Shown: positions 28,375-38,083, counted from the first letter of the stretch. The stretch: 49,554 nucleotides of DNA from an uncultured Bacilli bacterium (GCA_947632405.1 CANRPE010000004.1:1-49554); one strand, 5' to 3'. Translations and numbers: made by a program. Notes: generated by a model not told the origin, from the letters alone.

Positions 28375-29817
28375 ATGAATGATGAATTCAATGAGTTAGA
28401 TAATCTTGATTATCTTGAAGATGAAGTTATTTATGACGAAGATTATGATAATTATTATGATGACGATTTTGATACTGAAATTGATGAATATGACGATGAT
28501 TATACTATTTCTGATAGTGAAGATTATAAATATGAAGATAATCTTGAGCTAGATGAAAATTATCAATACAATGAAATAGAATCTGAAAATGATGATAAGT
28601 TAGAAAAAACAATTAATCTTCGTAATAAAATGATAAGAATATTTTTGATTATTTTATTACTTATTATTATCATTTTATTGAGTTCTGTATTTATAAAGTC
28701 ATTTATTTCTAAAAATAAAAATGAAAAAGATGAAGTTACTGTAACTAAAAAAGAAAAAGAAAATTATGATGAAATATTTAGCTTAATGAAAAATGCTTGT
28801 ATTAATTATTATGATCAAGAAAAAATTGATAATGATGAAATATTAACTTTAAAAAAGATGAAAGAATTATCTCTTATTAAAACAGTAGATGAAAATTATG
28901 ATGACGAAAATTCTATTGCTTATATTAAGAAAAAAGATGATAATTATGAATTAACTATAAATGTTAAATATAATAATATTAAAAAAACAAAAACATATAT
29001 ACTAGGTCATTATTCATATTGTACTAATACTTATTTATGTGAGAAAGATGAAACATTAGAAAATGAAACATACTTATATGAATATTCTAAAGAAGGAAAA
29101 GTTACCTTATCTAATTGGTCTAGCTGGAGTAATTATGTAAATACTTCATGTACTACTAAAAATATTTCTTGTGATACTGATGATATGAATTGTTTAACTG
29201 AAATTAAAGTTATTCAAAAAGAAGAAAAAAGTGGTACAAAAAATAAATATTATATTAATTATCGCTCTGCTTTTCAAACTAATCAAAAAGAAGTTAGAAA
29301 AGTATGTAGTAATTTTGATTATATTAAAATTAATGGAGTTTACTATCGTACAGAAAAAAATAGTAATTATAAAATGTTAGGAGCAATTAAAAAAACTACG
29401 ATGGCTAATTATTATAATTTCCGTTATGATGGTAGATATAGTTATCAAAATCCACCAAATGATACAATAGCGACTCGTTTTGTCTTTGTTGGACCAGATT
29501 ATAGTAATTGTAAAGATACATGTGATGGTAAAATTAAATATTATTATGATGCCTATACATTTACAAAAAGTCTTACTAAAGTTTCTAATCCAGAGTTAGA
29601 TTGTAATAATTCTACTACTATTGTAATTCCAAATTATTCTATTACTAAGCAAAAAATAACTGTAAATTTTGAAGAACCACAATATCAAACTGTGTGTTAT
29701 AAAACAACAAGAACAAGAACTAAACAAAATGACAGTGATACTGTTTGGAGTAAAGAAGATGATTCAAAATTACTTGATAATGGTTATACATATACAGGAA
29801 ATAAAAAGTTAAGTTAG
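28375..29817 (+). CDS. hypothetical single-pass membrane protein: Asp/Tyr-rich cytoplasmic tail, Cys-rich ectodomain
   Basis: 480 aa. About 85 acidic N-terminal residues (DEDYDNYYDDDFDTEIDEYDDDY), a TM helix IRIFLIILLLIIIILLSSVFI, then a Cys-rich domain with SNWSSWS. Promoter at 28318-28346 and SD GGGGG. Confidence 0.6.
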   Translation: MNDEFNELDNLDYLEDEVIYDEDYDNYYDDDFDTEIDEYDDDYTISDSEDYKYEDNLELDENYQYNEIESENDDKLEKTINLRNKMIRIFLIILLLIIIILLSSVFIKSFISKNKNEKDEVTVTKKEKENYDEIFSLMKNACINYYDQEKIDNDEILTLKKMKELSLIKTVDENYDDENSIAYIKKKDDNYELTINVKYNNIKKTKTYILGHYSYCTNTYLCEKDETLENETYLYEYSKEGKVTLSNWSSWSNYVNTSCTTKNISCDTDDMNCLTEIKVIQKEEKSGTKNKYYINYRSAFQTNQKEVRKVCSNFDYIKINGVYYRTEKNSNYKMLGAIKKTTMANYYNFRYDGRYSYQNPPNDTIATRFVFVGPDYSNCKDTCDGKIKYYYDAYTFTKSLTKVSNPELDCNNSTTIVIPNYSITKQKITVNFEEPQYQTVCYKTTRTRTKQNDSDTVWSKEDDSKLLDNGYTYTGNKKLS

Positions 29818-29828
29818 GAGTGATTTAG

Positions 29829-31688
29829 ATGAAAGATAATAAATTTGTAATAAAAGTTATATTTTATGAGATTGAGGTTGATGATAAAACTGTTCAACAA
29901 GCGGCACTTATTTGTGATGATGGAATATCAATAGTTTCAAAAGAAGAAGGATATAAAGTATTAAATGAAATGATACATGAAACTGTAAATGCAAATGGTA
30001 AAAGTCTTGATTTTGATGATATAGAGAAATTAGATTTATTTGAAGTTTTGCATGAAGAAGATTTTATTAATAAGTATCCTGATTTATATACTAAAATACA
30101 AGCTCATATGCATAATGAAAATAATAATTCTCAAACTGAGGAACAATCAGAATTTAAAGATAGTCAAGATATTGAAGAAAATGATGAAGAAGACTATGAT
30201 GACTATGATGATTATGATGATTTTTCAGTTCTAGCAGAAATGATTAAAGATAAACTTAAAGGCCTTAAAGTTAAGAATGTTGTTTTTGGAGCAGCAATTA
30301 TATTTTTAGCAGTTACTGCTGGAAAATGTGCCTTTAAACTTGCAGATAAAAGCGAATCTAAAAATAGTAAAACAGTAAAGACTGTTAAAGAAGAAACTAC
30401 AACTGATATTGAAAATAGCAAGGAAAACGATGCTACTACAGAAAAAACATATCAAAATATGGAAGAACTTTTACGTAGTGCAAATATCAATTCAACAAAA
30501 GCAGCTGCTATTGAAAAAGTATGGCTATATTTATGCAATTATAATCAATCTATTTCAGAAAGATATTTAAGTGATTCAACTAGACTTGCACATACATGGG
30601 ATGAAATTATGATTCAATTTTTAACATATAATGATTTAAGTCAAGATGATATTAATGCTATTTTTGGTAATTATAATTTAAATGTTGATGAGTTAAAAGC
30701 ATCATATCAAGCTGGTTTTAACCAAGATGTATTAGAATATTGTGTATTAACTGATCCTAGTAATAAATCAAGTTTATTTGTTTCAAAAGAAAGTCAAGAC
30801 TTTTATAACAAATATGAAGATATGATTATTCGTTTTAATAGATATGAAGATATTTCAAAGAAAGAAGAAGTTGCTAATCAATTTTATAATGAAATTAGAG
30901 ATGATTTTGAATTAAACGTAGCAGGAGCTGAAATTCCAAATTATAAATTATCTGTTTTAGCAATGATTAAAGCTTTTAATACTATGACAAAAGATTTAGA
31001 TTTAGAAGCTAAATTAACTAAAGCTGAGAAAAAATACTTTAATAATTTAAGTGATTTCTCACAAGTTGAAGGTAAAATATCAAATCTAGCGACTCTTTTA
31101 TATTCACATAATCTTGCTCAACAAGCATTAAATGAAGTTAATAGTGAAATTTCCTATGAAGATATCCGTAACTTAGCAATTAATGAGTTGATGACTAATA
31201 ATTTATATAGTGTAGAAGAAAGTCAACGAGATATTAGTAATTCATCTTTTTATAAAAATAATACTAATTTAAAAAGTAGCAAAAAAGAAAAATCAGAAGA
31301 AACAGAAACAACTGTATCTCCAAATACTGAATCTAATAGTAATCAACAAAAATATAATGAAAGTACAACTAATAGTTCAAATGAAAGTAAAGATGATAAT
31401 TATCAAGATGAAGAAAAATCAGCAAAAATTCCAGATTGGATGTTAGAAGAAGAAGAACAAGATACTAGTTATATAAATAATCAAGAAACTACTGAAAATG
31501 ATACTGAAATAGATGTAAATGAAGATACGGAATATTATGATGAAGAAATCATTCCAGTTGAGCCTGACACACCTGATTATAGTTATAATAATAGAATGTT
31601 ATATAATGAAGCTGTAGCTAATTTATTAGTTGAAAATATGGAAAAAGTAGGTATTGCAGCTTACCAAGAAAATCATGCTAAAAAATAA
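29829..31688 (+). CDS. hypothetical single-pass membrane protein with Asp/Tyr-rich tract
   Basis: 619 aa. Soluble N-domain, acidic tract EENDEEDYDDYDDYDDF, TM helix VVFGAAIIFLAVTAG, a helical ectodomain and an acidic S/T/N/E-rich tail. Lies 11 nt after the previous gene. Confidence 0.6.
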   Translation: MKDNKFVIKVIFYEIEVDDKTVQQAALICDDGISIVSKEEGYKVLNEMIHETVNANGKSLDFDDIEKLDLFEVLHEEDFINKYPDLYTKIQAHMHNENNNSQTEEQSEFKDSQDIEENDEEDYDDYDDYDDFSVLAEMIKDKLKGLKVKNVVFGAAIIFLAVTAGKCAFKLADKSESKNSKTVKTVKEETTTDIENSKENDATTEKTYQNMEELLRSANINSTKAAAIEKVWLYLCNYNQSISERYLSDSTRLAHTWDEIMIQFLTYNDLSQDDINAIFGNYNLNVDELKASYQAGFNQDVLEYCVLTDPSNKSSLFVSKESQDFYNKYEDMIIRFNRYEDISKKEEVANQFYNEIRDDFELNVAGAEIPNYKLSVLAMIKAFNTMTKDLDLEAKLTKAEKKYFNNLSDFSQVEGKISNLATLLYSHNLAQQALNEVNSEISYEDIRNLAINELMTNNLYSVEESQRDISNSSFYKNNTNLKSSKKEKSEETETTVSPNTESNSNQQKYNESTTNSSNESKDDNYQDEEKSAKIPDWMLEEEEQDTSYINNQETTENDTEIDVNEDTEYYDEEIIPVEPDTPDYSYNNRMLYNEAVANLLVENMEKVGIAAYQENHAKK

Positions 31689-31705
31689 TTAATAGCTAAA
31701 AATAT

Positions 31706-31734
31706 TTGACAAATATAAGTTTTTGTAGTATAAT
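31706..31734 (+). promoter_or_regulatory. perfect consensus sigma-A promoter TTGACA-17-TATAAT
   Basis: Both hexamers match exactly with the optimal spacer. It lies about 80 nt upstream of the 140-aa ORF. Confidence 0.7.
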
Positions 31735-31815
31735 ATGTTTACTTTGAAGATAATATATATGTACATTATATATTATAGGGGACTTCAATGATAACAAGTT
31801 TAGGGGGTTGAATAT

Positions 31816-32238
31816 ATGAAGACAAGTTCTTATATATTTGAATATTTAGATGAAAATGATTTTAGAAAAAAAGAAAGATCAGTTAGAAAGTATAATATGT
31901 TAGCGTATAAGAAACTAACTTTTAGTTATTATCCAGAATTACGTAAAGGTAATTTTTTAGGAGAAAAAATTGATGAAGATAAAAAAGCAAAAACTATTTC
32001 TTATGAATTAAAACTTCCTACTGATGAATTATTTGCAAAAGTTCATGGTGAAATAAGATTACACTATACAGTATATACTGAAAAAGGAGTTATCTTATTA
32101 ACTAATATTACTCCTGAAGGTATTTTAGATGAAGGGCATCGTGCAGAACTTTCTACATATAAAGGTGTCATGGTATCTAAAACTGACCCTGAAAGAGATA
32201 TGTTTAAAATTAATTTACTTAATATGTTAGGAAAATAG
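31816..32238 (+). CDS. hypothetical protein (140 aa)
   Basis: SD GGGGG, a consensus promoter 80 nt upstream, and a hairpin terminator overlapping the stop. No family recognised. Confidence 0.55.
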   Translation: MKTSSYIFEYLDENDFRKKERSVRKYNMLAYKKLTFSYYPELRKGNFLGEKIDEDKKAKTISYELKLPTDELFAKVHGEIRLHYTVYTEKGVILLTNITPEGILDEGHRAELSTYKGVMVSKTDPERDMFKINLLNMLGK

Positions 32239-32257
32239 AAAGAAATTTCTATTTTTT
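32232..32257 (+). terminator. rho-independent terminator
   Basis: aaaatagaaa-gaaa-tttctatttt, overlapping the stop of the 140-aa ORF. Confidence 0.5.
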
Positions 32258-32326
32258 CTTTATTAAATATAGAATAACATAAGTGATTGTGATATTATAA
32301 TTATATAGAAAAAGGAGGATGAATTT

Positions 32327-33046
32327 ATGAGTGGTCATTCTAAATGGGCAACTATTCATAGAAAGAAAGGATTGATTGATGCTGCACGTGGTAAAGTATT
32401 TCAAAAACTTGCTAAAGAGTTATATGTAGCTGCTAAAAGTGGAACTCCTGATCCAGATCAAAATGCATCGCTTAGAATGGTAGTTGAAAAGGCTAAAGCT
32501 GCTAATATGCCTAAAGATAATATTCAAAAAGCAATTGATAAGGCAAAAGGTTCAGGTGAAAATGAGCATTATGATCAAATTAGATATGAAGGATATGGAC
32601 CAAGTGGTGTTGCTGTAATGGTAGATTGTCTTACTGATAATAAAAATAGAACAGCATCTTTTGTTAGAAGTACTTTTACTAAAAAAGGTGGTAATTTAGG
32701 AACGGATGGTTCTGTTAGTTATATCTTTGAAAGAAAAGGTTCAATTGTAATACCTAACTCTTATGCTGAAGACGATATAATGCTAGTAGCACTAGATAAT
32801 GGGGCTTTAGATATCGAAAATGATGGTGAAAATTATAATATTGTAACTTTACCAGAAGATATGCTAAAGGTTAAAGATGCACTTATTTCTTTTGGTGTAG
32901 ATACTTTTTTAGAAAGTGAAGTTACTTATTTACCAAATATGGAAGTAGAAGTTGATGATGAACATAAAGAAAAAGTTTTAGAATTGATAGAACAGCTAGA
33001 AGATTTAGACGATGTTCAAAATGTTTATTTTAATATGAAAGATTAA
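32327..33046 (+). CDS. yebC: YebC/PmpR family DNA-binding transcriptional regulator
   Basis: MSGHSKWATIHRKKG N-terminus and collinear YebC pattern. Confidence 0.95.
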   Translation: MSGHSKWATIHRKKGLIDAARGKVFQKLAKELYVAAKSGTPDPDQNASLRMVVEKAKAANMPKDNIQKAIDKAKGSGENEHYDQIRYEGYGPSGVAVMVDCLTDNKNRTASFVRSTFTKKGGNLGTDGSVSYIFERKGSIVIPNSYAEDDIMLVALDNGALDIENDGENYNIVTLPEDMLKVKDALISFGVDTFLESEVTYLPNMEVEVDDEHKEKVLELIEQLEDLDDVQNVYFNMKD

Positions 33047-33047
33047 G

Positions 33048-33077
33048 ATATTCCAATATTATTTGGAGTATTTTTTT
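33048..33077 (+). terminator. rho-independent terminator of yebC
   Basis: atattccaa / ttggagtat stem (one G-U pair) then T7. Confidence 0.55.
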
Positions 33078-33149
33078 ATAAAATAATATTGAAGATACAT
33101 AAATAATTTGTTATACTAAAATATATATAATAATTTGGGAGACGTTATT

Positions 33150-34562
33150 ATGGGAAAACAAAATAAAACAATTAGAAATCGAAGAAAAATAAAAGTTGAA
33201 AATTACGATAATCTTAATAATGATACTAGTGGTTTAAAAAATAAAATTACAAAGGCATTTGCTCGTGAGGCTGAATTTACAATTATATCTATTTTTATAG
33301 TTACTATTATTATGATTTCTGGAGCATATGCTGTTTTTTCAACGGTACAAAAACAAGAAACCTATAATACATTAACTGTAGGTACCTTAAAAATTGATTT
33401 TGATGCAACTTCTACTGATTTAGGAAATGTAATTAATTTAAATGGAACATATCCAATGAGTGATATTGATGGTCAAAAGGAAACAAATCCTTCTTATAGT
33501 TTTAAAATTACAAATACTGGTAATTTAGATGCTTTTTATAAAGTGAAAATTATTGATGATGATGAAATGATAAAAGAAGATGACTGTGCAGATAATTTAC
33601 TTCAAAAGGATAAAATAAAGATTAGTATTAACAATAGTACTCCATTTCTTTTAAATACGGTAGAATCAAATGATTATATTATTGATTCTGATATTTTAAA
33701 GGCAAATAAGAGTAAAGTTTTTTCAATTAAAGTTTGGATAGATGAAGATGCAGGTAATGAAGTTTTAAGAAGACATTATCATGGAAAGATTGTTGTTGAA
33801 GGTGAAAATGCACAATCCAATAAAAATATTGTTGTCGCATATAAATATGATGAAGAAAATGCTGCAACAAAGTGTATTTCTGGAACAGAAACAACTTGTC
33901 AAGAAACAGATTGCTATAAAGATCGAAATAAAGATATTTGTCCTAAAGGAACAATTATTAAATATAAAGTAAATGATCAAGAAACTATTCCTTTCCATGT
34001 AGTGTATGATAATGGTTTAACTTTAACTATGCAAAGTCAAAAAAATATTGTTTATAATACTCAGTGGTATTACACAAAAGAAGATAGTATAAAAGCTCCA
34101 AATACAATTTTAGATAAATTAGAATCAGTAACACAAAATTGGGATAATGTAAATTCAAAAACATATGAACTTGGTACAACTAGTTTAAGTAATAAAGGAG
34201 AATTTACAGGATGCACACAAGAATTAGTATGCAATAGTAATACTTATACTTTAACTGAAAGAACAGCAAAGGCAAGAATTTTAACTTTTCAAGAGGCAGT
34301 TGATTTAGGTTGTACTAGAGAAGCACAATCATGTCCTATTTGGATGTATAATTATTTATTTAATTCAACTAATTTTTCAGGAACTGAAAATGATATTTAT
34401 AAAGAAAATGAAGCTCAAACAAATGCAGGTTATTGGCTTATTAATTCGAATTCATCTAATCTTGATAGTGCTTGGGATATATATACAAACGGTAATTTAA
34501 CAGATAATTCTATTGATAATATAGAATATGGTGCACGAGCTGTTATTGAAATTAATAAATAA
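33150..34562 (+). CDS. secreted/anchored protein with TasA/camelysin-like (SipW-type signal) N-terminal domain and Cys-rich C-terminal domain
   Basis: The TM helix ends in SGAYAVFS and is followed by TLTVGTLKIDFD and FKITNTGNLDAFYK. This parallels TasA/CalY motifs (AAF.., GTLDL, N.GSL). ATG 33150 has the SD GGGAG (track start is TTG 33135). Confidence 0.55.
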   Translation: MGKQNKTIRNRRKIKVENYDNLNNDTSGLKNKITKAFAREAEFTIISIFIVTIIMISGAYAVFSTVQKQETYNTLTVGTLKIDFDATSTDLGNVINLNGTYPMSDIDGQKETNPSYSFKITNTGNLDAFYKVKIIDDDEMIKEDDCADNLLQKDKIKISINNSTPFLLNTVESNDYIIDSDILKANKSKVFSIKVWIDEDAGNEVLRRHYHGKIVVEGENAQSNKNIVVAYKYDEENAATKCISGTETTCQETDCYKDRNKDICPKGTIIKYKVNDQETIPFHVVYDNGLTLTMQSQKNIVYNTQWYYTKEDSIKAPNTILDKLESVTQNWDNVNSKTYELGTTSLSNKGEFTGCTQELVCNSNTYTLTERTAKARILTFQEAVDLGCTREAQSCPIWMYNYLFNSTNFSGTENDIYKENEAQTNAGYWLINSNSSNLDSAWDIYTNGNLTDNSIDNIEYGARAVIEINK

Positions 34563-34564
34563 AA

Positions 34565-34594
34565 AAAATAATTGATATTTTTATCAATTATTTT
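34565..34594. terminator. bidirectional hairpin between convergent genes
   Basis: aaaataattgata-tttt-tatcaattatttt. Confidence 0.5.
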
Positions 34595-35804
34595 TATTAA
34601 GTTGTTCTATTTTTTCATATATTTCTTTTATATATTTTTCATATCCTATATCTTTTGGAATATAATATTTTTTATCAATTAATTTATCAGGTAAATATTG
34701 TTGTACAACATAAGCACCTTTATAATCATGCGGATATTTATAATCAGTTGAATCAGTTCTAAGATGCTTAGGTAAAATACCAACATTTCCATTTTCAACG
34801 TCACTTAAAGCATTATCAAAGGCTATATGAGCAGTATTACTTTTAGGTGATAATGCCATTTCTGTAACAATAGTTCCAAGTGGAATTCTAGCCTCTGGTA
34901 GTCCAATTCGTTCAGCTGCATTTATTGCAGCATCTAATCTTGGACCTATAGAAGGATTAGCAAGACCAATATCTTCATAAGCAATAACACTTAATCTTCG
35001 ATATATTGAATCTAAGTCGCCTTCAATTACTAATCTAGCTAAATAGTGTAATGCTGCATTTACATCACTTCCACGGATTGATTTTTGAAGTCCTGATAAA
35101 ACATCATAATGACCATCTCCATTTTTATCTGAAAAAAAGACAGGTTTATTATTAATGGTTTTAATTGTAGTTTCAGTGATAGTTTTATCATCAGTAGAGT
35201 AGTAGGCTATTTCTAATAAATTATAAGCATATCTTAAATCACTTCCAGCTAGTTTTGCAATCATTTCAATAGTTTTATTATTAATTTTGATTCCATCTAA
35301 ATCTGGGTGTTTTAAAGCCTTTTTTAGGGCTTTTATAATATCTTTTTCATCTAAAGGATTTAATTCAAATAATTGGCATCTACTTCTAATTGCAGGATTG
35401 ATAGAATGATATGGGTTAGCTGTTGTCATTCCTATTAATGTAATCATACCACTTTCTAATTGTGGTAATAATAAATCTTGTTTATCTTTATTCATTCGAT
35501 GTATTTCATCCATAACTAAAATAATTCCATCATACATTTTAGCTTCTTCAATAACCGTTTCTAAGTCTTTTTTGTTATTAATTGTAGCATTTAAATATCG
35601 ATACTTATAACCTAAATCATTAATTAGAGCTGTTGCGATAGAAGTTTTTCCTATTCCAGGTTTACCATATAATATCATTGAAAATATTTTTTTATTATTA
35701 ACTAAATTTGATAATATTTTCCCTTTTCCTATTAAATGTTTTTGTCCATAAACATCTTTTAAACTTTTAGGAGCAAGTTTTAAAGCTAAAGGCTTACTAA
35801 TCAT
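34584..35804 (-). CDS. rarA: replication-associated recombination protein A (AAA ATPase RarA/MgsA)
   Basis: Walker A GKPGIGKTS, Walker B LVMDEIHR, and the MgsA C-terminal pattern YDVLSGLQKSIRGSD and YKYPHDY. Confidence 0.95.
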   Translation of the reverse strand: MISKPLALKLAPKSLKDVYGQKHLIGKGKILSNLVNNKKIFSMILYGKPGIGKTSIATALINDLGYKYRYLNATINNKKDLETVIEEAKMYDGIILVMDEIHRMNKDKQDLLLPQLESGMITLIGMTTANPYHSINPAIRSRCQLFELNPLDEKDIIKALKKALKHPDLDGIKINNKTIEMIAKLAGSDLRYAYNLLEIAYYSTDDKTITETTIKTINNKPVFFSDKNGDGHYDVLSGLQKSIRGSDVNAALHYLARLVIEGDLDSIYRRLSVIAYEDIGLANPSIGPRLDAAINAAERIGLPEARIPLGTIVTEMALSPKSNTAHIAFDNALSDVENGNVGILPKHLRTDSTDYKYPHDYKGAYVVQQYLPDKLIDKKYYIPKDIGYEKYIKEIYEKIEQLNKNN

Positions 35805-35925
35805 ATGTAATCACCATCTTTATTGTACTAAAGGTGCTATATTTAGTCAAATTTATCATTGCTAATTTTTATAGAAAAAATAGAATGAATGTTTTATAAT
35901 ATAATTATATAGTAGGTGATTATCT

Positions 35926-36825
35926 ATGAAAATTTCTTTAGCAATAGAAGATTTTATTAATTATTGTATATTTGAAAAAGGTCTTTCTGATAAAACAGCT
36001 GAATCATATCATTATGATTTAAATACTTATAAAATATATTTAGATCAAAATAATATTACTAATGTTGAAGATATTACTACACATGATATAGAAGCATATT
36101 TAAAATATAGGACTGAGCAAGGAGAAACAATATCAACGATAGCTCATAATTTAACTGTAATAAAAAATTTTCATTCATACTTATTAAAAACTAATAGTAT
36201 CAAAAAAGACGTTAGTGAAAATATTTCAAGACCTAAATTAAAGAAAAGTTTACCTAAAGCTTTAAGCATATCTGATGTTGACCAATTACTTAATATTAAC
36301 TTAAATACAGCATATGATTATAGGAATAAGGCTATGCTTGAATTAATGTATGGTTCAGGTTTAAGAGTATCTGAATTAATAGCATTAAATATTCATAGTG
36401 TTGATTTTACTAATTGTATTATTAAAATAACTGGAAAGGGTAATAAAGATAGAATTGTTCCAGTTGGAGAATATAGTATGTACTATTTAAATAAGTATTT
36501 AGAAATTAGAAGTCTTATGTTAAAAAAAGAACATACTGATGCTTTATTTTTAAATAATCATGGTAAAAGAATGACACGACAAGGTTTTTTTAAAAATTTA
36601 AAAATAATTTTAAAAAAACAAGGTTTAGATGAAAATATATCACCACATACTTTAAGACATTCTTTCGCAACTCATTTATTAGAAAGAGGAGCAGATTTAC
36701 GCAGTATTCAGGAATTATTAGGACATTCAGATATTTCGACTACTAGAATTTATACGCATATTAGTGATAATATAGTAAAAGAACAATATGAAAAATATCA
36801 TCCTAGAGAACATAAAGATAGTTAG
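35926..36825 (+). CDS. xerD: site-specific tyrosine recombinase XerD
   Basis: Catalytic region HTLRHSFATHLLERGADLRSIQELLGHSDISTTRIYTH. 299 aa. It is syntenic with deoB and spoIIM, as ripX (xerD) is in Bacillus subtilis, and a dif site lies 1.8 kb away. Confidence 0.85.
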   Translation: MKISLAIEDFINYCIFEKGLSDKTAESYHYDLNTYKIYLDQNNITNVEDITTHDIEAYLKYRTEQGETISTIAHNLTVIKNFHSYLLKTNSIKKDVSENISRPKLKKSLPKALSISDVDQLLNINLNTAYDYRNKAMLELMYGSGLRVSELIALNIHSVDFTNCIIKITGKGNKDRIVPVGEYSMYYLNKYLEIRSLMLKKEHTDALFLNNHGKRMTRQGFFKNLKIILKKQGLDENISPHTLRHSFATHLLERGADLRSIQELLGHSDISTTRIYTHISDNIVKEQYEKYHPREHKDS

Positions 36826-36826
36826 T

Positions 36827-36855
36827 TTGACTAGTCAGTTCTGCTATGATAAAAT
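36827..36855 (+). promoter_or_regulatory. sigma-A type promoter TTGACT-17-TAAAAT with TG extension (deoB)
   Basis: Read directly from the sequence. The -35 overlaps the 10-bp palindrome TGACTAGTCA. Confidence 0.55.
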
Positions 36856-36887
36856 AAAAAAGAGATTTACATTTTAGAGGTGAAGTC

Positions 36888-38054
36888 ATGAGGTTTAAAC
36901 GAATATTTTTAATGGTCTTAGATTCAGTAGGAGTAGGGGAAGCAAAAGATGCTTCAAACTATGGAGATATTGGCTGCAATACATTAGGACATATCAAAGA
37001 TTCTACAAGTTTATTTATTCCTAATTTAAAGAAAATAGGTTTTTTAGATACAGTAAACATGAATGAAAATGATAATGTAGATGCTTATTATACTATAGCT
37101 GAACCTAATAATGCAGGAAAAGATACATTAAATGGTCATTATGAAATGATGGGAATTACAAATAATATTGAATTTAAAACATTTAATAGTGGTTTTCCAA
37201 CTGAATTATTGAATCAAATAGAACAAGTTACAGGAAGAAGAATTATCGGTAATAAATGTTGTAATAACGATGAAATTATTAAAGAACTTGGAGAAAGACA
37301 ATTGAATTATGGCTCTTTAATTATTTATACTTCTGCAGATTCTGATTTACAAGTTGCTGCTCATGAAGATGCAATTCCAGTTTCAATGTTATATCAGTAT
37401 TGTGAAAAAATACGAGCAATTACATTACGTGAAGATTGGCGAGTAGGTAGAGTCATTGCAAGACCATTTATAGGAAGTAATGGTCATTATCGTTTTTCTA
37501 ATAGTGGTAGAAAAGATTATGCTGTAAAACCACCTAAAAAAACTATACTTGATAGTTTATCTGAAAATAATTATAATGTTATCGCTATTGGTAAAATTAA
37601 TGATATTTTTGATGGAGTTGGTATTAATAAAAGTATAAAAGCTACAAATAATATGGAAACAATTAATAAATTAACTGATATTATGGATAAGAATTTTACA
37701 GGATTATGTATGGTTAATTTAGCTGATTTTGATAGTTTATATGGCCATACTAGAAATGTTGAAGGTTATGCCAAAGCTTTAGAAGAATTAGACGTTGAGA
37801 TTCCAATGATTATTAATAAATTAGAATTAGATGATTTATTAATAATTACAGCAGATCATGGCAATGATCCAACTTTTGAAGGTTGTGATCACACAAGAGA
37901 AAATGTTCCGGTAATTTTATATAGTAGAAGTTTTGTAGAACCTAAAATTTTGCCTAAATTAAATACTTTAGCTGATATTGGAGCAACTATTGCTCAAAAC
38001 TTCGAAATAAGTTTACCAGAAATAGGTAATAGTATCTTAAATAAATTAAAATAA
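36888..38054 (+). CDS. deoB: phosphopentomutase
   Basis: RIFLMVLDSVGVGE, ADFDSLYGH and ITADHGNDPT motifs. Confidence 0.95.
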   Translation: MRFKRIFLMVLDSVGVGEAKDASNYGDIGCNTLGHIKDSTSLFIPNLKKIGFLDTVNMNENDNVDAYYTIAEPNNAGKDTLNGHYEMMGITNNIEFKTFNSGFPTELLNQIEQVTGRRIIGNKCCNNDEIIKELGERQLNYGSLIIYTSADSDLQVAAHEDAIPVSMLYQYCEKIRAITLREDWRVGRVIARPFIGSNGHYRFSNSGRKDYAVKPPKKTILDSLSENNYNVIAIGKINDIFDGVGINKSIKATNNMETINKLTDIMDKNFTGLCMVNLADFDSLYGHTRNVEGYAKALEELDVEIPMIINKLELDDLLIITADHGNDPTFEGCDHTRENVPVILYSRSFVEPKILPKLNTLADIGATIAQNFEISLPEIGNSILNKLK

Positions 38055-38083
38055 AAAGAGTAGGAGAGAGACCTATTCTTTTT
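38055..38083. terminator. bidirectional hairpin between deoB and DUF1540-like ORF
   Basis: aaagagtagg-agagaga-cctattcttt (one G-U pair), with T-runs on both strands. Confidence 0.5.

Noticed and set aside
29100-29180. SNWSSWS...C...C in the 480-aa protein resembles the WSxWS / thrombospondin type-1 repeat signature of eukaryotic proteins.
   Set aside because: It is a single short motif without the full TSR cysteine and arginine pattern. It cannot be distinguished from chance without a profile search, so it is recorded only as a sequence feature.
35926-36825. The tyrosine recombinase could be a phage or ICE integrase marking a mobile element.
   Set aside because: It is XerD-sized (299 aa) with the XerD catalytic motif set. 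It lies in the conserved xerD-deoB/spoIIM neighbourhood and next to a dif site. No att-like repeats, excisionase or phage genes are nearby.
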